This document shows positions 24,566 through 37,249 of a stretch of 64,000 nt of DNA, piece by piece. The translations under genes and the position numbers were made by a program. The notes below the pieces were generated by a model that searched no databases, had not been told where the DNA came from, and saw nothing but the letters and a program-made list of their open reading frames with translations. The DNA is from Vicugna vicugna (lineage: Eukaryota): assembly GCA_013265495.1 (NCBI GenBank), contig MU061578.1:1993308-2057307 (forward strand), given 5' to 3'. How positions within the stretch are numbered: the first letter of the stretch is position 1; the number at the start of each line of letters is the position of its first letter.

Positions 24566-24629
24566 GTGGGCAGGCCCTCCCCCTCGCGCGCACAGCCACC
24601 CTTCTGCTGCCTTTGAACAACGGCACAAG

Positions 24630-24812
24630 CTCTCTCTGATCCAAGCGAGGTCTACAGATCAGCAGCGCGAGCAGCATCACCTGGGAGCTTGTCGGAAATG
24701 CAGAGTCTCGGGCCCCACCCAGGACCTGCTGAATCAGACGCTCTGGGGGGGAGCCCAGCCAGCTGTGGTCTGACAGCCCTCGGGGAGACTGGTGCTTGCT
24801 GGAGTTTCTGGC
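24630..24812. mobile_element. MER5A MITE
   Basis: 'gcagcatcacctgggagcttgtcggaaatgcagagtctcgggccccacccaggacctgctgaatcaga'. Confidence 0.9.
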
Positions 24813-24974
24813 AATGGCAAATGGCAAAACAACAATGAGCAAGCCGGATATACCTGGAACTTCCAAGGAGCTTACCTTCCAGAGTTGGACGGGGAGCTAG
24901 AAAATGAATAAAAAATGTGAGCAGTTTAGAGGGCGCTAAGTGCAGTGGAGAACAGGTTAAAGAGATGGTGGTGG

Positions 24975-25530
24975 TGCAGCATCATGGCATCATGGTTAAG
25001 TCTAGGGACTCCAGATTCACACATCCTAGGTTCAAACCCTCTCATGGTCACTTACTCAGTACTTGGGAGAAGTGACCTGTCCTCCCATTGACTCATTTTT
25101 TTCCTTATCTGTAAAAGTGAGGATAATGAAAGATCTCTCCCTTTAGACCAGAGGTTGTCACACTTTAGTGTTAGTAAGTCATCTAGACAGCGTGTTGAAA
25201 CACAGATTGCTGGGCCTCTCACCCCCAGAGATTCTGATCTGATCACAGGTCTGAGTAGGACCTGAGATTCTGCATTAGTAACAAAGTTCCACGAGTGGAG
25301 TCACACTTCTCTAGAGGAAGGCTTCTATAGCTTTCACACCCATTCACAGCTCCTGGGCACCTCATCAAACTGTAGGAGCTGGTTCAGTGGGTCTGGGGAA
25401 GGGTCTGAGATTCTGCATTCCTAACTCTCTTCCAAGTGAGGCTGATGGAACTGGCCAATCACCTATGCTTTGAGGAGTAAGGTTAATGTATCTCACACAT
25501 GGTAGATGATCAAATATAGTATCTGTTATA
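24975..25530 (+). mobile_element. MIR interrupted by two tandem MER5A copies (~25149-25300 and ~25315-25482)
   Basis: MIR head 'gcatcatggttaag...ggttcaaacc' and core 'ttccttatctgtaaaa'; two 'ctgagattctgcatt' MER5A motifs; MIR tail after 25482. Confidence 0.7.
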
Positions 25531-27081
25531 GTATTTCTTTTTAGCTCTTACAACACCCTCTATTTTATAGAGTGACAGTGGTGGTAAACATTTAGCCCAA
25601 TGGTTAGGGTTTTAAACATCCTTATTTGGTAAATTATAAAGTTGATGACACTGTATCAAATCCAATGAAAAGGTTATGTTGGTTCACAGAATTCGAAAGC
25701 TTCCAAATCAAGGATCCAGAATTTCATCAAAGGCCATTGTAAGGGTAGAAAATTCACAAAACAGCTTGTGTCGGTCCAGAATTCCAAAATCTCCGATGAC
25801 ATATGAACCAACTATAGATAAAGCTCTGCAGAGGATATGAAGGGAATTAACAGTTCCTTAAAAAGATTTTAAGAAAAGGTTATAATGTCTAGATAAAACC
25901 CCCAAGATGAAATTCGAGAACAAATACAGTGGAGTACACATGGTCCTAAAAATGTGAAAACGCATTTGGGAGGAGATTTTCAGAAAGATTTATTCATGTG
26001 CTTTTGTTTTATTTTGTTTTCCTTCCCTTTTCTCCTCTTTCTTTTTCTTTGGGACACAATTTTTCTCCTTCCCCCCGGAACAATTAAGCAGAACGATGGC
26101 CCTCTCCTGGGACTCCTTTCCACTGGGTTATAAATAACTCCAGCACAATAACTAAGAGCATATACAAAAGCAATGACAAGGTCGCTCACCATGAACAAGC
26201 CATGGTCTGTTTCCATGGTAACATGGAGCCAAAGGCAAATGACATTTGATAATGTTTCCATTACCCCCCACAACGTCTTACACCCTAAAAAGGCCAGCTC
26301 TGGGGCAGGCCAGGTTCATCTTTGAACATCCTTCCCCATTAGGGGGTGGGTGACTGGGATCTGGGACCCAAGTTCCAAACGCAAGGAACTGGAGACCAAA
26401 GTTTGCTTGGAGCCGGGCGGAGGGCACTGTCAGGAGAGGAAGCAACTCTCCCTAATTGTGGACACGCTTTTACGGGCTTCACTGTGAAAACCAGAGAGTC
26501 TCAGGAACAATCCCAAACTCGGGCAGGTCATTAGTCTGCCCTCTGCCTCACTCAGTTTTGGACTTGCTCTGCTAGCTCACCTCACTGTCTTTTTTTTTTT
26601 TTTTTTCTTTCAGTTTCAGAAGAGAAGCTCAGAGCAGGACTAATCAGAGGCAGAGTAAGGTGCTGGCTGGTTACCAAGCTCCTTGCAAAGGCAGAGACTT
26701 TATCAGGTACAAGCTCGTTAGAGGTGTCTGCCTTCCAAAAGGAATGGCACACAGAGGTGCTTCCACTCGCCTCCAAGTCTGCAGGCCCTTCTTCTTGGTG
26801 CCTAAGAACCCAGGAAGCAAGAAAAAAAAAGGGTGAAAACTCTCTGGCAGCTGTCTACTCAGCAAGGCTCCAATCTCCTCCATATAAAGTGCACGGACAC
26901 AGCCTGCGGGAAGACTGAGACATCACTGCTAGGAATGGCGGAGGTGTTCTAAACGCCCCCTACTTCACTTAGAAATCTATGAAGTATTTACCATCTTGAC
27001 TTCACTTACTTGTATATTCACTTAAAAATTTATTTTAAACGTTTCTGTTTGAAAGGAATCCAAATCTACTGGAGTTTATTT

Positions 27082-27425
27082 AAACCTCATTAAACCTGGT
27101 TTCTATTATTAACTTCCAACAATGAAAAGGATAATGATATCTAATATGGATGGATGGACGGACGGATGGATGGGAAGACAGACAGACCTCAATCATTAAA
27201 CCTCATTAAACCTGATTTTTGTTACTAACCTCCAATAATGATGGTAACCATATCTAATATGGATGGAAGGATGGATGCATGGATGGATGGATGGATGGAT
27301 GGAAAGACAGACCTCAATCACTATAACCTCATTAAACCTGAATTTCTGTTACTAACTTCCAATAATGATGAAGATAATCATACGTAATATGGATGGATAG
27401 GTAGACAGACAGATAGAAAGACAGG
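27082..27425. repeat. Three-copy tandem repeat (~116-126 bp unit) with embedded (GGAT)n/(GACA)n
   Basis: Units start at 27082, 27198 and 27324 with 'aacctcattaaacctg'; each contains 'taatatggatgga'. Confidence 0.95.
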
Positions 27426-27427
27426 TT

Positions 27428-27625
27428 CTTACCATGCACCAAAGGGTCTACTGGATGTTCTTCTCACAACAACACTAGGAGGCTGATACCATCACTAATT
27501 CCAATCTACAGATGGGGAGACTGAGATGTGGGGAGGGTAAGACACTGTGTTCATGATCTTAAACTTCTAGAGCAGTAGAGCCTGGAATTGAAACTAGAAG
27601 TAGCTTAACTCCAGGCTTTTAGCTA
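27428..27625 (-). mobile_element. MIR SINE
   Basis: 'tacagatggggagactgag...gtagagcctggaattgaaac'. Confidence 0.7.
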
Positions 27626-28401
27626 CGACCTACCTGCTTCAAAAGCAGCCCTTTCTTTTATTTGTCCTAAAATAACTCCTTTCAAGCTTCCAATGGAATG
27701 CTTGCTACAGTCAGTATTCTAGCATCTGCTGTGCATGTCAGCTTCCCCCTTGGTGACTTTGTAGTCTGATTAATTCTGCATTTCACTAAGTCTAAGGGTT
27801 TTAAGTTTCACCTAGAAACTGTTCCCTGGTTGCCTAAGTGTTTCCTTGTCACTAGGAAATACCATCTGGGGTTGAAAGAAACAAAACGGATAACAGACCT
27901 TTTCTCAAAATCACATCTCTAACACCTCTCTTCTTTGGAATGGTGACTCAGGCAATGAGAAAATGAAAAGATGCTACCAGAGGGACATATCTGGTCTTTC
28001 TCGTCCACGGCAAGCACATTTAGGGACAGTCTGCCCCACCTCCCCCTAACAAAGTTAGGTATGTCACTGCGGCAAAGGTTAGGTCAAAACTGAAGGTCCA
28101 TTTCACAGTAGGTTTCCCAGGCACGTGTTAGGCCTCTTCAGTGGCAACATTGGGGTGAGTACTTTGGAGGATGACTAACTTCAAAAGCAAATTAAAAACC
28201 CTCTAGAGAACGTACATTACCTAAAAGGAGGAGGAGGCCTAAATGTCTTCGATCATGAACTTTTGTCCAAGGTTCACCTTTTACCACTGGCTGACTGTGC
28301 AGCCAAAGACATCAGAGTTCAAATCTTCGTTCTGACCCTCAGTAGCTAGGTGATTTTAACTGACGAGGCTGTCTCTGCAACCAGAACCCTAGACATAAAA
28401 G

Positions 28402-28880
28402 TGTAGTGTATGGTCTACAGGATCCTGTCCTAATGCCCCAAACCTGTGAATATGTTGCCTTAACAGGAAAATGTAGAATCAAGGAAGTAGACGCAATTAA
28501 GGTTATCGATCAGCTGACCTGAAGATAAGGAAAGGATTCTGGATTACCCATGCGGGCCCAGTGTAGTCACAGGGGTCCTTAAACGTGAAAGAGGGAGGCA
28601 GAAAGAGTCAGCATCAGAGGTGTGATGTGAGAAAGGACTCAAGCCACCTTGAAGGGACCCTGGACTCTAGGAACACAGGCAGCCTCTCAAGTCTGAAAAA
28701 GGCAAGGAAATGGACCAGACTCAAAGCCTGCACAAGAGAGGCAGCTCGCCTGCCCCTTGACTTTAGCCTGGGGAGACCCATTTAGGACTTAGGATCTCCA
28801 GCATAGTAGTACAATGAATTTGTGTTCTTTTAAGCCACTAAGGTGGGACTTTGGTACAGCAGTAATAGGAAACTAATTCA
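28402..28880 (+). mobile_element. MaLR solo LTR (MLT1D-like), apparently inside a MIR (~28290-28970)
   Basis: 'aacctgtgaatatgtt...aattaaggtt...atcagctgacct...ggggtccttaaa...ttttaagccactaag...aataggaaactaattca'. Confidence 0.85.
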
Positions 28881-29089
28881 CAATCTATGTCTTTTGTAAG
28901 TTCTTAAGAGGATGAAATGAGCTGATTTATGGAAAGTGGATGGTGCCCTAGGAAGGACTCAGCATGGCTGCTCTCCTCCATTTCTGTAAACTGCCAAATT
29001 TGAGGTTGGCATGGTTTTCACCTAGCTTTCTGGTGACTTGCCTGTTCCCACATCAACATCCCCAAGGGCCTCATCCCTCAGAACACAGA

Positions 29090-29946
29090 CTTGACCCAGT
29101 CCTCAGAGGAACATCAATTAAATCATTAGCAGATGAGGCTGGAGTTTCTCCCAGAAACATCTGATGTGCATTCAAGAGACAAGGAAATACATGGAATCAC
29201 TCCGCTTAAAATCTTTAAGTGGTTCAAGGTCTCCAGCAGATTTCAGTCTAGGATTTACAGTGCCTTTCAGCATCCCATCCCTAGCAATTTCTACATCCTC
29301 AGTCCCTTCACTTCCCCTGAAGAGCCTCCATTTAGATGCTGGACATCTAACAGACTAAAGGTTTCTTAACTGTATCCAAATCTCTGAAGCCTCTGGGCCT
29401 TTGCATGTGTTTTTCCCTCTGCCCGGAACAGATGCCTCCCCAATGCACTTGCTCATGTATCCAAGTTCTTTTCATTCTTCAGGACTCCGACTGAACACCA
29501 CAAGAAGCTTCCCTCAAAATCCGGCCACTCAGACGAATGAGGATCCACCCCCTTTGCTGTCCTGTAGCGCAGAATCCAAGCCTCAGTTTTAGCAATTGTC
29601 ACACCGTGTTACAGCTGATGACCCGGTGACTTCTTCCAATAATCAGCCCTAAATATCAATGTCTTTTTAGGATCAAGGAGGAATGAGATCCCATTTTCAG
29701 GAAACTACACTCACGCAGGCTTTATATATATAGCATAATATAGTTTACGAATAATCTCAGGAGGTTCACAGATCCCCGAAAGAGCCTTGAACCTCAGCAT
29801 AAAGAACACAGCATTAAAATGCGAGTGTTATGAGCAAAACGATTCAATCTCATTCACCTCTTTGCCCCCAGTATGTAACACCCGGCCCAGCACACAGTTG
29901 GTACTCAATAAAAATTGGATGGATGGATAGATGGATGGATGGATGG
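29090..29946 (+). mobile_element. L2 remnants ending in a (GGAT)n tail
   Basis: 'gggcctttgcatgtg...tccctctgcccggaac', 3' end 'ccggcccagcacacagttggtactcaataaa' then GGAT repeats. Confidence 0.6.
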
Positions 29947-30998
29947 CGAGGTGGTGGTGGATAGTGTGGAGCCGGCTGGCGCTCTCTGAAGCCACTCTGA
30001 CGTCCATGAGACCCTCACTCCTGGGTTCTCTGTGTTCCTGAAGCCTACTGACAACTCAGCCCCCACTCCCCACTGCAGGACCCTTCGCATATCTGCATTT
30101 CTGCAAGATAAAAACATCTTCTCTTGATGTGCGTTGACTCAAACAAAGCTAAACAGCCCCAAGAAATAGCCAGTCTCACAATGCCCTAGGCGGACAGGCC
30201 TCACATCCTGCCCTTAGCAATCATAAAGCCTATTATTTAAATAGAGTAGCTCCTGGCAGGTCTTACAACCATCAGGTACCCGTGGGCGTGAACTGGCCAC
30301 ACAGCCCCCACTCCTTGTGCACACAGCCCCTGACCCTGCCCGCTCACCCCGCTGCTCACGCAGGCACCTCTCGTCTGCCTGGCCCCACTGCTGTCCGTAG
30401 CAGCAACCCTATTAAACTTTCCTAAACTTTCCTCACGGCCTTCGGTAAAGTCTTTCACTGCCCGCGACTGCCGCGTTGGGTCCACTACAGGTAGGAATGG
30501 GAATGATTAATTTGCCTGTTTATACATCGTTGGAAAGACTCATCTAGAGGATTTCTCCTAATAATAGGCAAACGAAGATTACGAAACCACATCAGAGAAC
30601 AAGATTAATCACACTTCTCTGGCCGATCACATCTGTGTGACAAAAAGGCATCTGTGAAAAATACCCTATTGACGTGTTCCATGTTGTTCGGTAGTTCCAG
30701 ACATGTTCCTAAGGAAAGCAGGTATGATCCATCTGACGCAACCAGGCCGAAAACGAAAAAAAAAACAAAAAACCCAACCAAAAACTATTAACTAGGGGAT
30801 ACATTTTCTGGTAGACTCAATCAAAAGATTAGGTTCCACACCCCTTGGTACAGATGACGAGGTTGAATTAATAAAAATACGAACCCCTTCTCTCTGACAT
30901 TCACCTGGGAAGAGGTTTGCTGTGTGTGATCCTAAAAAGACATGATATTTAGGACTAATTACTGCTTGGCATGGAGCAAAAGTTAACCACAGACACAG

Positions 30999-31024
30999 AC
31001 ACACACACACACACACACACACAC
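30999..31024. repeat. (AC)13 microsatellite
   Basis: Read directly. Confidence 0.95.
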
Positions 31025-31037
31025 ATGCCTTTTACAC

Positions 31038-31450
31038 GGGGAACAACCTAAATGTCCAACAGAGGGATTTAGTTGATGACTCTCCAGCCATAAGATGGAA
31101 CACCATGCCGCTATTTAAAATATTACACCTTAGAAGGACATTTAAGAGCTTGAAGAAATGCTCGTGGTACCTTCCGTACAGACACAGCAGCTTACAGTGA
31201 CCCCAAGTTTGCAAATATGTATGGACATGTAAAGAAAAAAGGCTAGGAAACGTAGCAGTGGTTGTCCATGGATGTTGGAAACATTGCTGATTTTTGAACT
31301 TCTTTTATCATACTTGTATCTATCTATACATAATACATATATAGACACATACATACATATTACACACACACATACATGTTATATATATGCCCATACATAC
31401 ATGTATCATATATACACACGCATACATGCATATTGTGTGTGTGTATAAAC
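31038..31450 (+). mobile_element. L1ME-like fragment running into TA/CA low-complexity sequence
   Basis: 'ggaacaacctaaatgtccaacagaggga' L1M motif. Confidence 0.6.
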
Positions 31451-34189
31451 ATGGCTATTAAATCAGAACTTTTTAGCTAATTAAAAGCTCTCCTGTGCAT
31501 TTACATGCACAAAACTCTGGATTGGTGGATGTTTTAATTCCTGCCTAAGAAGCAGCCTTTCTGCTGGACCTAAATTTCCCCAAAAATGTGCCGCTTTTCA
31601 CCTGGAGCAGTTCCAGGGTCACAATACCTAGGGAGAGTCAACCTAGCCTCATAAATCCAGCCTTTCATCTCATAATCTAAATTTGGTGACAGAAATTGGA
31701 TTTCTGTCAAATTTGCCTCCCCTTCTTCTGGGACCGTTTTGCTCGTCTCTGCCTTTCTCCCCGCATCACCACTCTACGCGTCCCTGCCCGGTGCTGGAAG
31801 GGCTCCTCCTGCAGGTTTTGTTGCTACGGCTCTGCAGCTCTGCTCCCAGATTCATGCCCTCTGGCTGCTACACGTGGTCTTTCCATGAACGTCGGAAAGA
31901 CTTCAGTGAGGAAAGTCGCTAAGCCAGAATGAATCATGACCCACCGTCTCTTCTGTGTTACATTTAACTGAACGGTGCTTTAGGGAAGAGGACTCAAGCG
32001 TTAGTCAAGTTAATTTCATAAATATCTGCCAAATATCTCTTTTGTGCAAGGTGATGGAATGGATCTGGACACAGATGTAGGTCCCACACAGAAAGATGGT
32101 GCCCGTTAAGGCTCCACCTTTTACTGGGAAATAGTCAATGACCTCCCTGATTTTTGTGTTCAGATATCGTGCAAATGAACGCCCCCCCCACTTCAAGTAT
32201 CTGACACTCAGCCAAGTGAGTAGGGTTCTATCCCCTGTCAGATACTAAAGACCCTACGCTTGCTCTAGGTTTACGTTTAAGCAGAAACCTAAAGAACATT
32301 CAGGGCTCAATGATCCGACATGCTGTTGTTGCAACTTTATCAGATGGGACAGGAAAAAAGAGCTCACCGCTGGTCCCTCTGCATTGATTAAACACTCAGT
32401 AGAGTAAGTCTAGGCAGCAAGTGTTCTGTACGAAGAATGTCAAGCGCATGCTGCACTGAGCCAGGGAAGGGGGCGGAAGGGACCTAACACCTGGGAGACA
32501 CTCAGCACGGCAAACGGCATGTAATGGCTCACTCCAACAATTCAATTTCAAAACTCAACTCCTGTCAATGCATGTGTTATTACTAGGTAAGAATCTGCAC
32601 TTCTAGCTTATAAATGATGAGATGGAAGGTCAGAGAGAGTGAACGTCTTGGACAAGGCACCTCATCTCAGGGAAGGTGGAATTTGAGATCTACTGTATCC
32701 TGAAGGTGCCCCTCAGACGCCCACAGTCACCCCACGGCTCCAGCTGCCCGTCTTCAGGTCATCAAATGGAATGAACCCAGGGTGTCCTAAAACCCAGTCA
32801 GAGCCTGAAAGTTAGGTTTCTGACCAAGAGACTAAATGGGCAGGTCTCCCAGGAGGAGAGGTTCTGGATCTGAAGATTATGGGGTGGCGGGGAATACAGA
32901 CGGCAGATGACAACAAACTCCACACAGGGAGAACTCACCATCCCTCCCCGGGCCCTCGCCCTGGGCTGACATACGTCTGAAGGGGCGAATGAACCAAGCA
33001 AGCAGGCCGAGGAGAGGAGACAATTCTGCCAAACTGACTGGGGAAAAGGAAACCCCTTCTGCAAATGACTTCCGATCACTATCGGCTTTTTTTTTTTTTT
33101 TTAACTCACAAGAAACCTAGAAGAGACTGAGATATCGTCTCAGAGTAGTTATCTGGCCATTAGCCACTGCAAGTCAAACAAACAGTTCAAGGTCAGGGTG
33201 AAATAGTCGCTCAGGGCCGCAGACTCCCCATCTGCGGAATCCCGCAGGCAGGAGAAGGGGGACGCTTCCCCTCGCAGGGCCCCCTGCGACAGCCTGCCAG
33301 GGCCGACCGGAGCGCGCAACCACCGATCCACACGGACAGCCACGGAAATACGGCGAGGGGGCTCACTGTGCCACTGTGACAAGGGCCCTTGTCCTTTGAA
33401 GGTGAAAAGGCAGAAATGGTAGCAACAGGGAGGGTGGCTGAACACGGTAAATTTCCGGGCGCCATGCAGAAGTTCTTAAGTATTCTCCCGGTCACTCCTT
33501 GAAACACCCTCAAGGCGGGGGCTGTTACTACTAGTCCCGTTTACAGATGAAACACAGAGGCCTGGGGGATGCATTCACTTGCCCGAGGTCAGAAGGTATC
33601 AAATGGCAAAGGCAGGACGTCTTAACCACTGTACGCTACCAGATTTTTACTCCTTTTCTAAAATGTGACATCATTTTTGAACAGTGACATCAAAAGGAAA
33701 ATGCCCGAGGTTCCTTTGGGGGATTTCCTCTTGACCCACCCTCCAAATAAAGTCAGGTTTCACTGAGCGACCCACTGTGGTTAGAGAGGAAAGGAGGTGG
33801 ATGGAGAGGGTTCTTTGGAATTTAGGGATGCAGACTGAAGAGGGGAAGAAAGCAGAACCAATGCCTGGTTTGAAAGAAAAATCAAATGTAAACAGCCTCG
33901 CTAGGGACCTTGTTTAAATCCTGAGCGAACTTCTGGGTATAAATGTCTGTGGCCACAACTAGCATAGAACATTCTGCATTATCACAAAATTACTCTCTTA
34001 TGTGCCTGTCTCCCCCTCGTGAGAATAGCAATTGGGTGAAAAGAATTCCAGCAGCACCAGGTCACCTGCAGAGAGGGGCTGCTACGTGCCAGGCGCTGCA
34101 CTAAGCACTTCATACGCCATCCGAGGGATTTGGGCTCTTGGGCCAAGGTGCCTTATCTTGAGTTGGTCTCAGTGAGTGGATCCAGCTAA

Positions 34190-34758
34190 GTGGGGTAGAC
34201 CCTGCTGGTTGCCAACAAAGTGGCCTTTCCCCTTTCTTTCCTTCTGGCTTAGACTCAGCGCTATCTGAGTGATCACCCTCTGTGTGCTCAGAGAAGGGGG
34301 CCCCTTCCCAGGGAGTCACTTTTGATTAATCCAAGCACAGCTCATTCCATCCCTGCTGCCAGGGATTGGTTTAGGCACGGGCATGCGATGCAAATCTGGC
34401 TGATGAGATGAAGAGGACATGTGCCGAGGGCTTCCGCCTGATTTAAAGGTGAGGAGAAAGTGTCTTTGTTGTATTTGAATGTGGCTGTGTGAGGACACGA
34501 TGCCTGGAGCTGTGGCAGCCATCCTGTACTATGAGGAGGCAACTCTGAGGGCCTACAGGCTGAGGATGGGAAGATGAAAAGATACAAAGCATATGGGATT
34601 CTTGGTGAAATCACTGCACTGCCAAATTAAGCAACTGTGAAGCTGTTTATCTTCAGGAATCATTGAGATAATAACTCCTGTATAGGAGAAGCTTCTTTTA
34701 GCGGGTGTTCTGCTGTTTGCAGCCCAAGCCAGAACAACAACAAAACTCCTAGCAGATA
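34190..34758 (+). mobile_element. MaLR solo LTR (MLT1K-like)
   Basis: 'gggattggtttaggca...gatgcctggagctgtggcagccatc...gctgaggatgg...gttctgctgtttgcagcc'. Confidence 0.8.
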
Positions 34759-34789
34759 TCATGCTTACTCTTGTGCATATTCCTTCGTC

Positions 34790-35100
34790 TTTTGAAATTT
34801 CAATTTTCTTATTTGTAAAATGAGGATGATTATCAGACACAGCTCACAGGAATGTTGTGAGGATTCAAAGATAACGGAAGGACAGTGCTTAAACATGCAC
34901 TGACGGTAGTAAGTGAACAACAAACGACAAATATTACCATTGTAATCATCCCACTGCTTCTCATAACAACCTCTGCATCAACCACTATAATCCCCATTTT
35001 ACAGATACAGACACTAAGGCTTAGAGGGTTTGAGTAACTTCTCCAAGTCACAGCTGCAAGGACTGAAGCTCATGTTCCAAGCCACGGTCTGACTCTAGAA
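34790..35100. mobile_element. Two MIR fragments in opposite orientation (+ then -)
   Basis: 'ttgtaaaatgaggat...gttgtgaggatt' then 'atccccattttacagat...actaaggcttagaggg...aagtcacagct'. Confidence 0.75.
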
Positions 35101-36169
35101 TTCAAAGTATTAATGTGGCTATACTATCTCCTTCCTGGAAACCCCAGCAGCCAGCCCAGGACCTGAAACAAACTGGGACCTTGAGGGCATTTGTTGAGCT
35201 GAACCTAATTTCAGGGCCCAAATGCAAGGACTCAAGGAACAGGACCCTAGAACAGCAACGCGTAGCTACAAGTTGCTGGACGGTGCCCACTGGAGAGGGG
35301 CTCTCGCCGCTTTCCACTTCTTTCTCGTCCATTAACTCTGGGACTCCTGCTGTTGCTGGGTGCCTTCTTCCTCATTTTGCTCAGCTTTCACTTAAAAGTC
35401 AGTGTCACAGATCAGTCAACCTCACATGAAACCAGAAAGCAAAAACCTTCAATCTCACAGGAAGCTCCTGGCAAGCGTTATTTTAAGAACCAACCCGAGT
35501 GGAAAACCAGCTGTTCCCACTCAAAAGCAACAGGGGGCAGCAGAGAGCAGCAAACGGCTTGGTCCCTGAAACATTCAAGAGGGGAATGAAAAAATACACA
35601 AAAAAAAAAAAAACCCCAAAACAAAACAAGCAAACAAACAAACCCTTCATTTTCAGCCCAGAAACATCCTAGTGTAAAAACACGCCAGGTCAAACCTAAA
35701 TGCCCTAGGAGAAACTGTCCGCCTATTTTTAAATACCTAGGGCAAAGGAACACTATGTTCTACGTTCATTTAAAATCCAGTTTCTCAGACCAAGTCAACC
35801 TCACAGGATGCTGAGAACGTAAATAAAATCCCCTCTCAGTGGCTGTAAACTGTGACAAGCATTCTTCTAACGCTCATTACTGGGATTTAGATTTGTATTT
35901 CTTGGTGCCTCCAAATGGAGAAAATATCTTTGATTACCTCCTCCTACACTTTTACATTAATAGATTGGTGTTAAAAAGGAAAGCAAGTAACATTTTCACA
36001 TCAGGAGGCGCTGATAAGCCTGGCACAACCTACGGCATCGCCCCTTCGGAACCTTCAAGAATCCTTCCCCTGAAACTCTGGCATTCCATTACAGTGTTTC
36101 CCTTGCTTTTTGTGTTCAGTAAATTCTTCATTCAGGGAGGAGGAAATCCTTAAAGAAGCATCGCTGTTC

Positions 36170-36412
36170 AGAAACGAATTCTCTTCTGATCCAGCCGGGT
36201 TGGTTCCACTTGCTGTTCCATCTCAAAGAAACTTTTGTTTTTCCTTTAGAGCATTTGTCTCCATTTGAATCACACATGCATTGGATGTTTCTTTGGTCAA
36301 TGTTTCTCTTCCCCTCTAGACTTGCAGCTCCCTGAGGATAACTCCTGTTTTGCTCACTTGAACACACAGTCCAACGCTTGGCACAGAACAGGAGTTCCCT
36401 GCAAATGTACCG
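36170..36412 (+). mobile_element. L2 3' end
   Basis: 'cccctctagacttgcagctccctgagga...gcttggcacagaacaggag'. Confidence 0.65.
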
Positions 36413-37249
36413 AGTGTTCCCTGTGGCTTTTAGAGGCTTCACCTACTGGTTCTGTTTGGGCAAGTGCTGGAGGCCTGCAAGTTAAGAGACATTCCCGGTT
36501 CTCTGGTTCATGTGAAGCAGGAAATGATGGCGTTAAAACCCTTACATAGTAGATAACTCACACAAGGTCACAGTTACCTACTCTGAGTGATGGAGCAAAG
36601 CCCAGGAAAGTTTGGGATGGAAACCCTGCACCTGTGATCTCTTTCTGGTAGCCCCACTTCCACCATATACCAAGGTGGAAAGAGCCCCACATTGCCCCTT
36701 TCAAGACATCACGCCATACATTAGAATACACATGCTTCTCCCTTTCCTCAGTAGCATTACCAGACTTATATTTGCGCCCAGAATTTAGGAATATTGTCAT
36801 TTGGCGTTAAGCCTCGATCACACATGGGTTTTAAAGCAATCCAAGCCATATGAGCATTCTAAATTAATTCTCGGTGGGATAGACACACACTAGCCAATAT
36901 TTTGTATTGGAAAGAAGGTATGACAGAAAGTTACAATGACAATACACTTTTAAAAGGACTTTTACAACAGATCATTAAACAGCTGATAAAGGCTTATATA
37001 GTAAGTGTTATCTGTAGAAGAATAAATTAATCAACATTGGGGATGATGGGACAGAGAACATCCTCACCACCGTAACACGATCCACCATGCACAGTTTTTA
37101 GAAGGGTCCTGACAGCCACAGAAATACAGCACTTCTAAGGGAGTGGCAGGCTTGAAGACCTAGAAATGCCAGAATGATAAAAGAGCAGGAAAAGAATGAC
37201 AAAGCAAGGCGCAGCCAGATAATAAAAGAACATCAGCAGCTCCCTCAGT

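Noticed and set aside
27082..27425. CRISPR-like repeat/spacer look
   Set aside because: Mammalian DNA, no cas genes, diverged ~65-bp constant parts, and the 'spacers' are microsatellites
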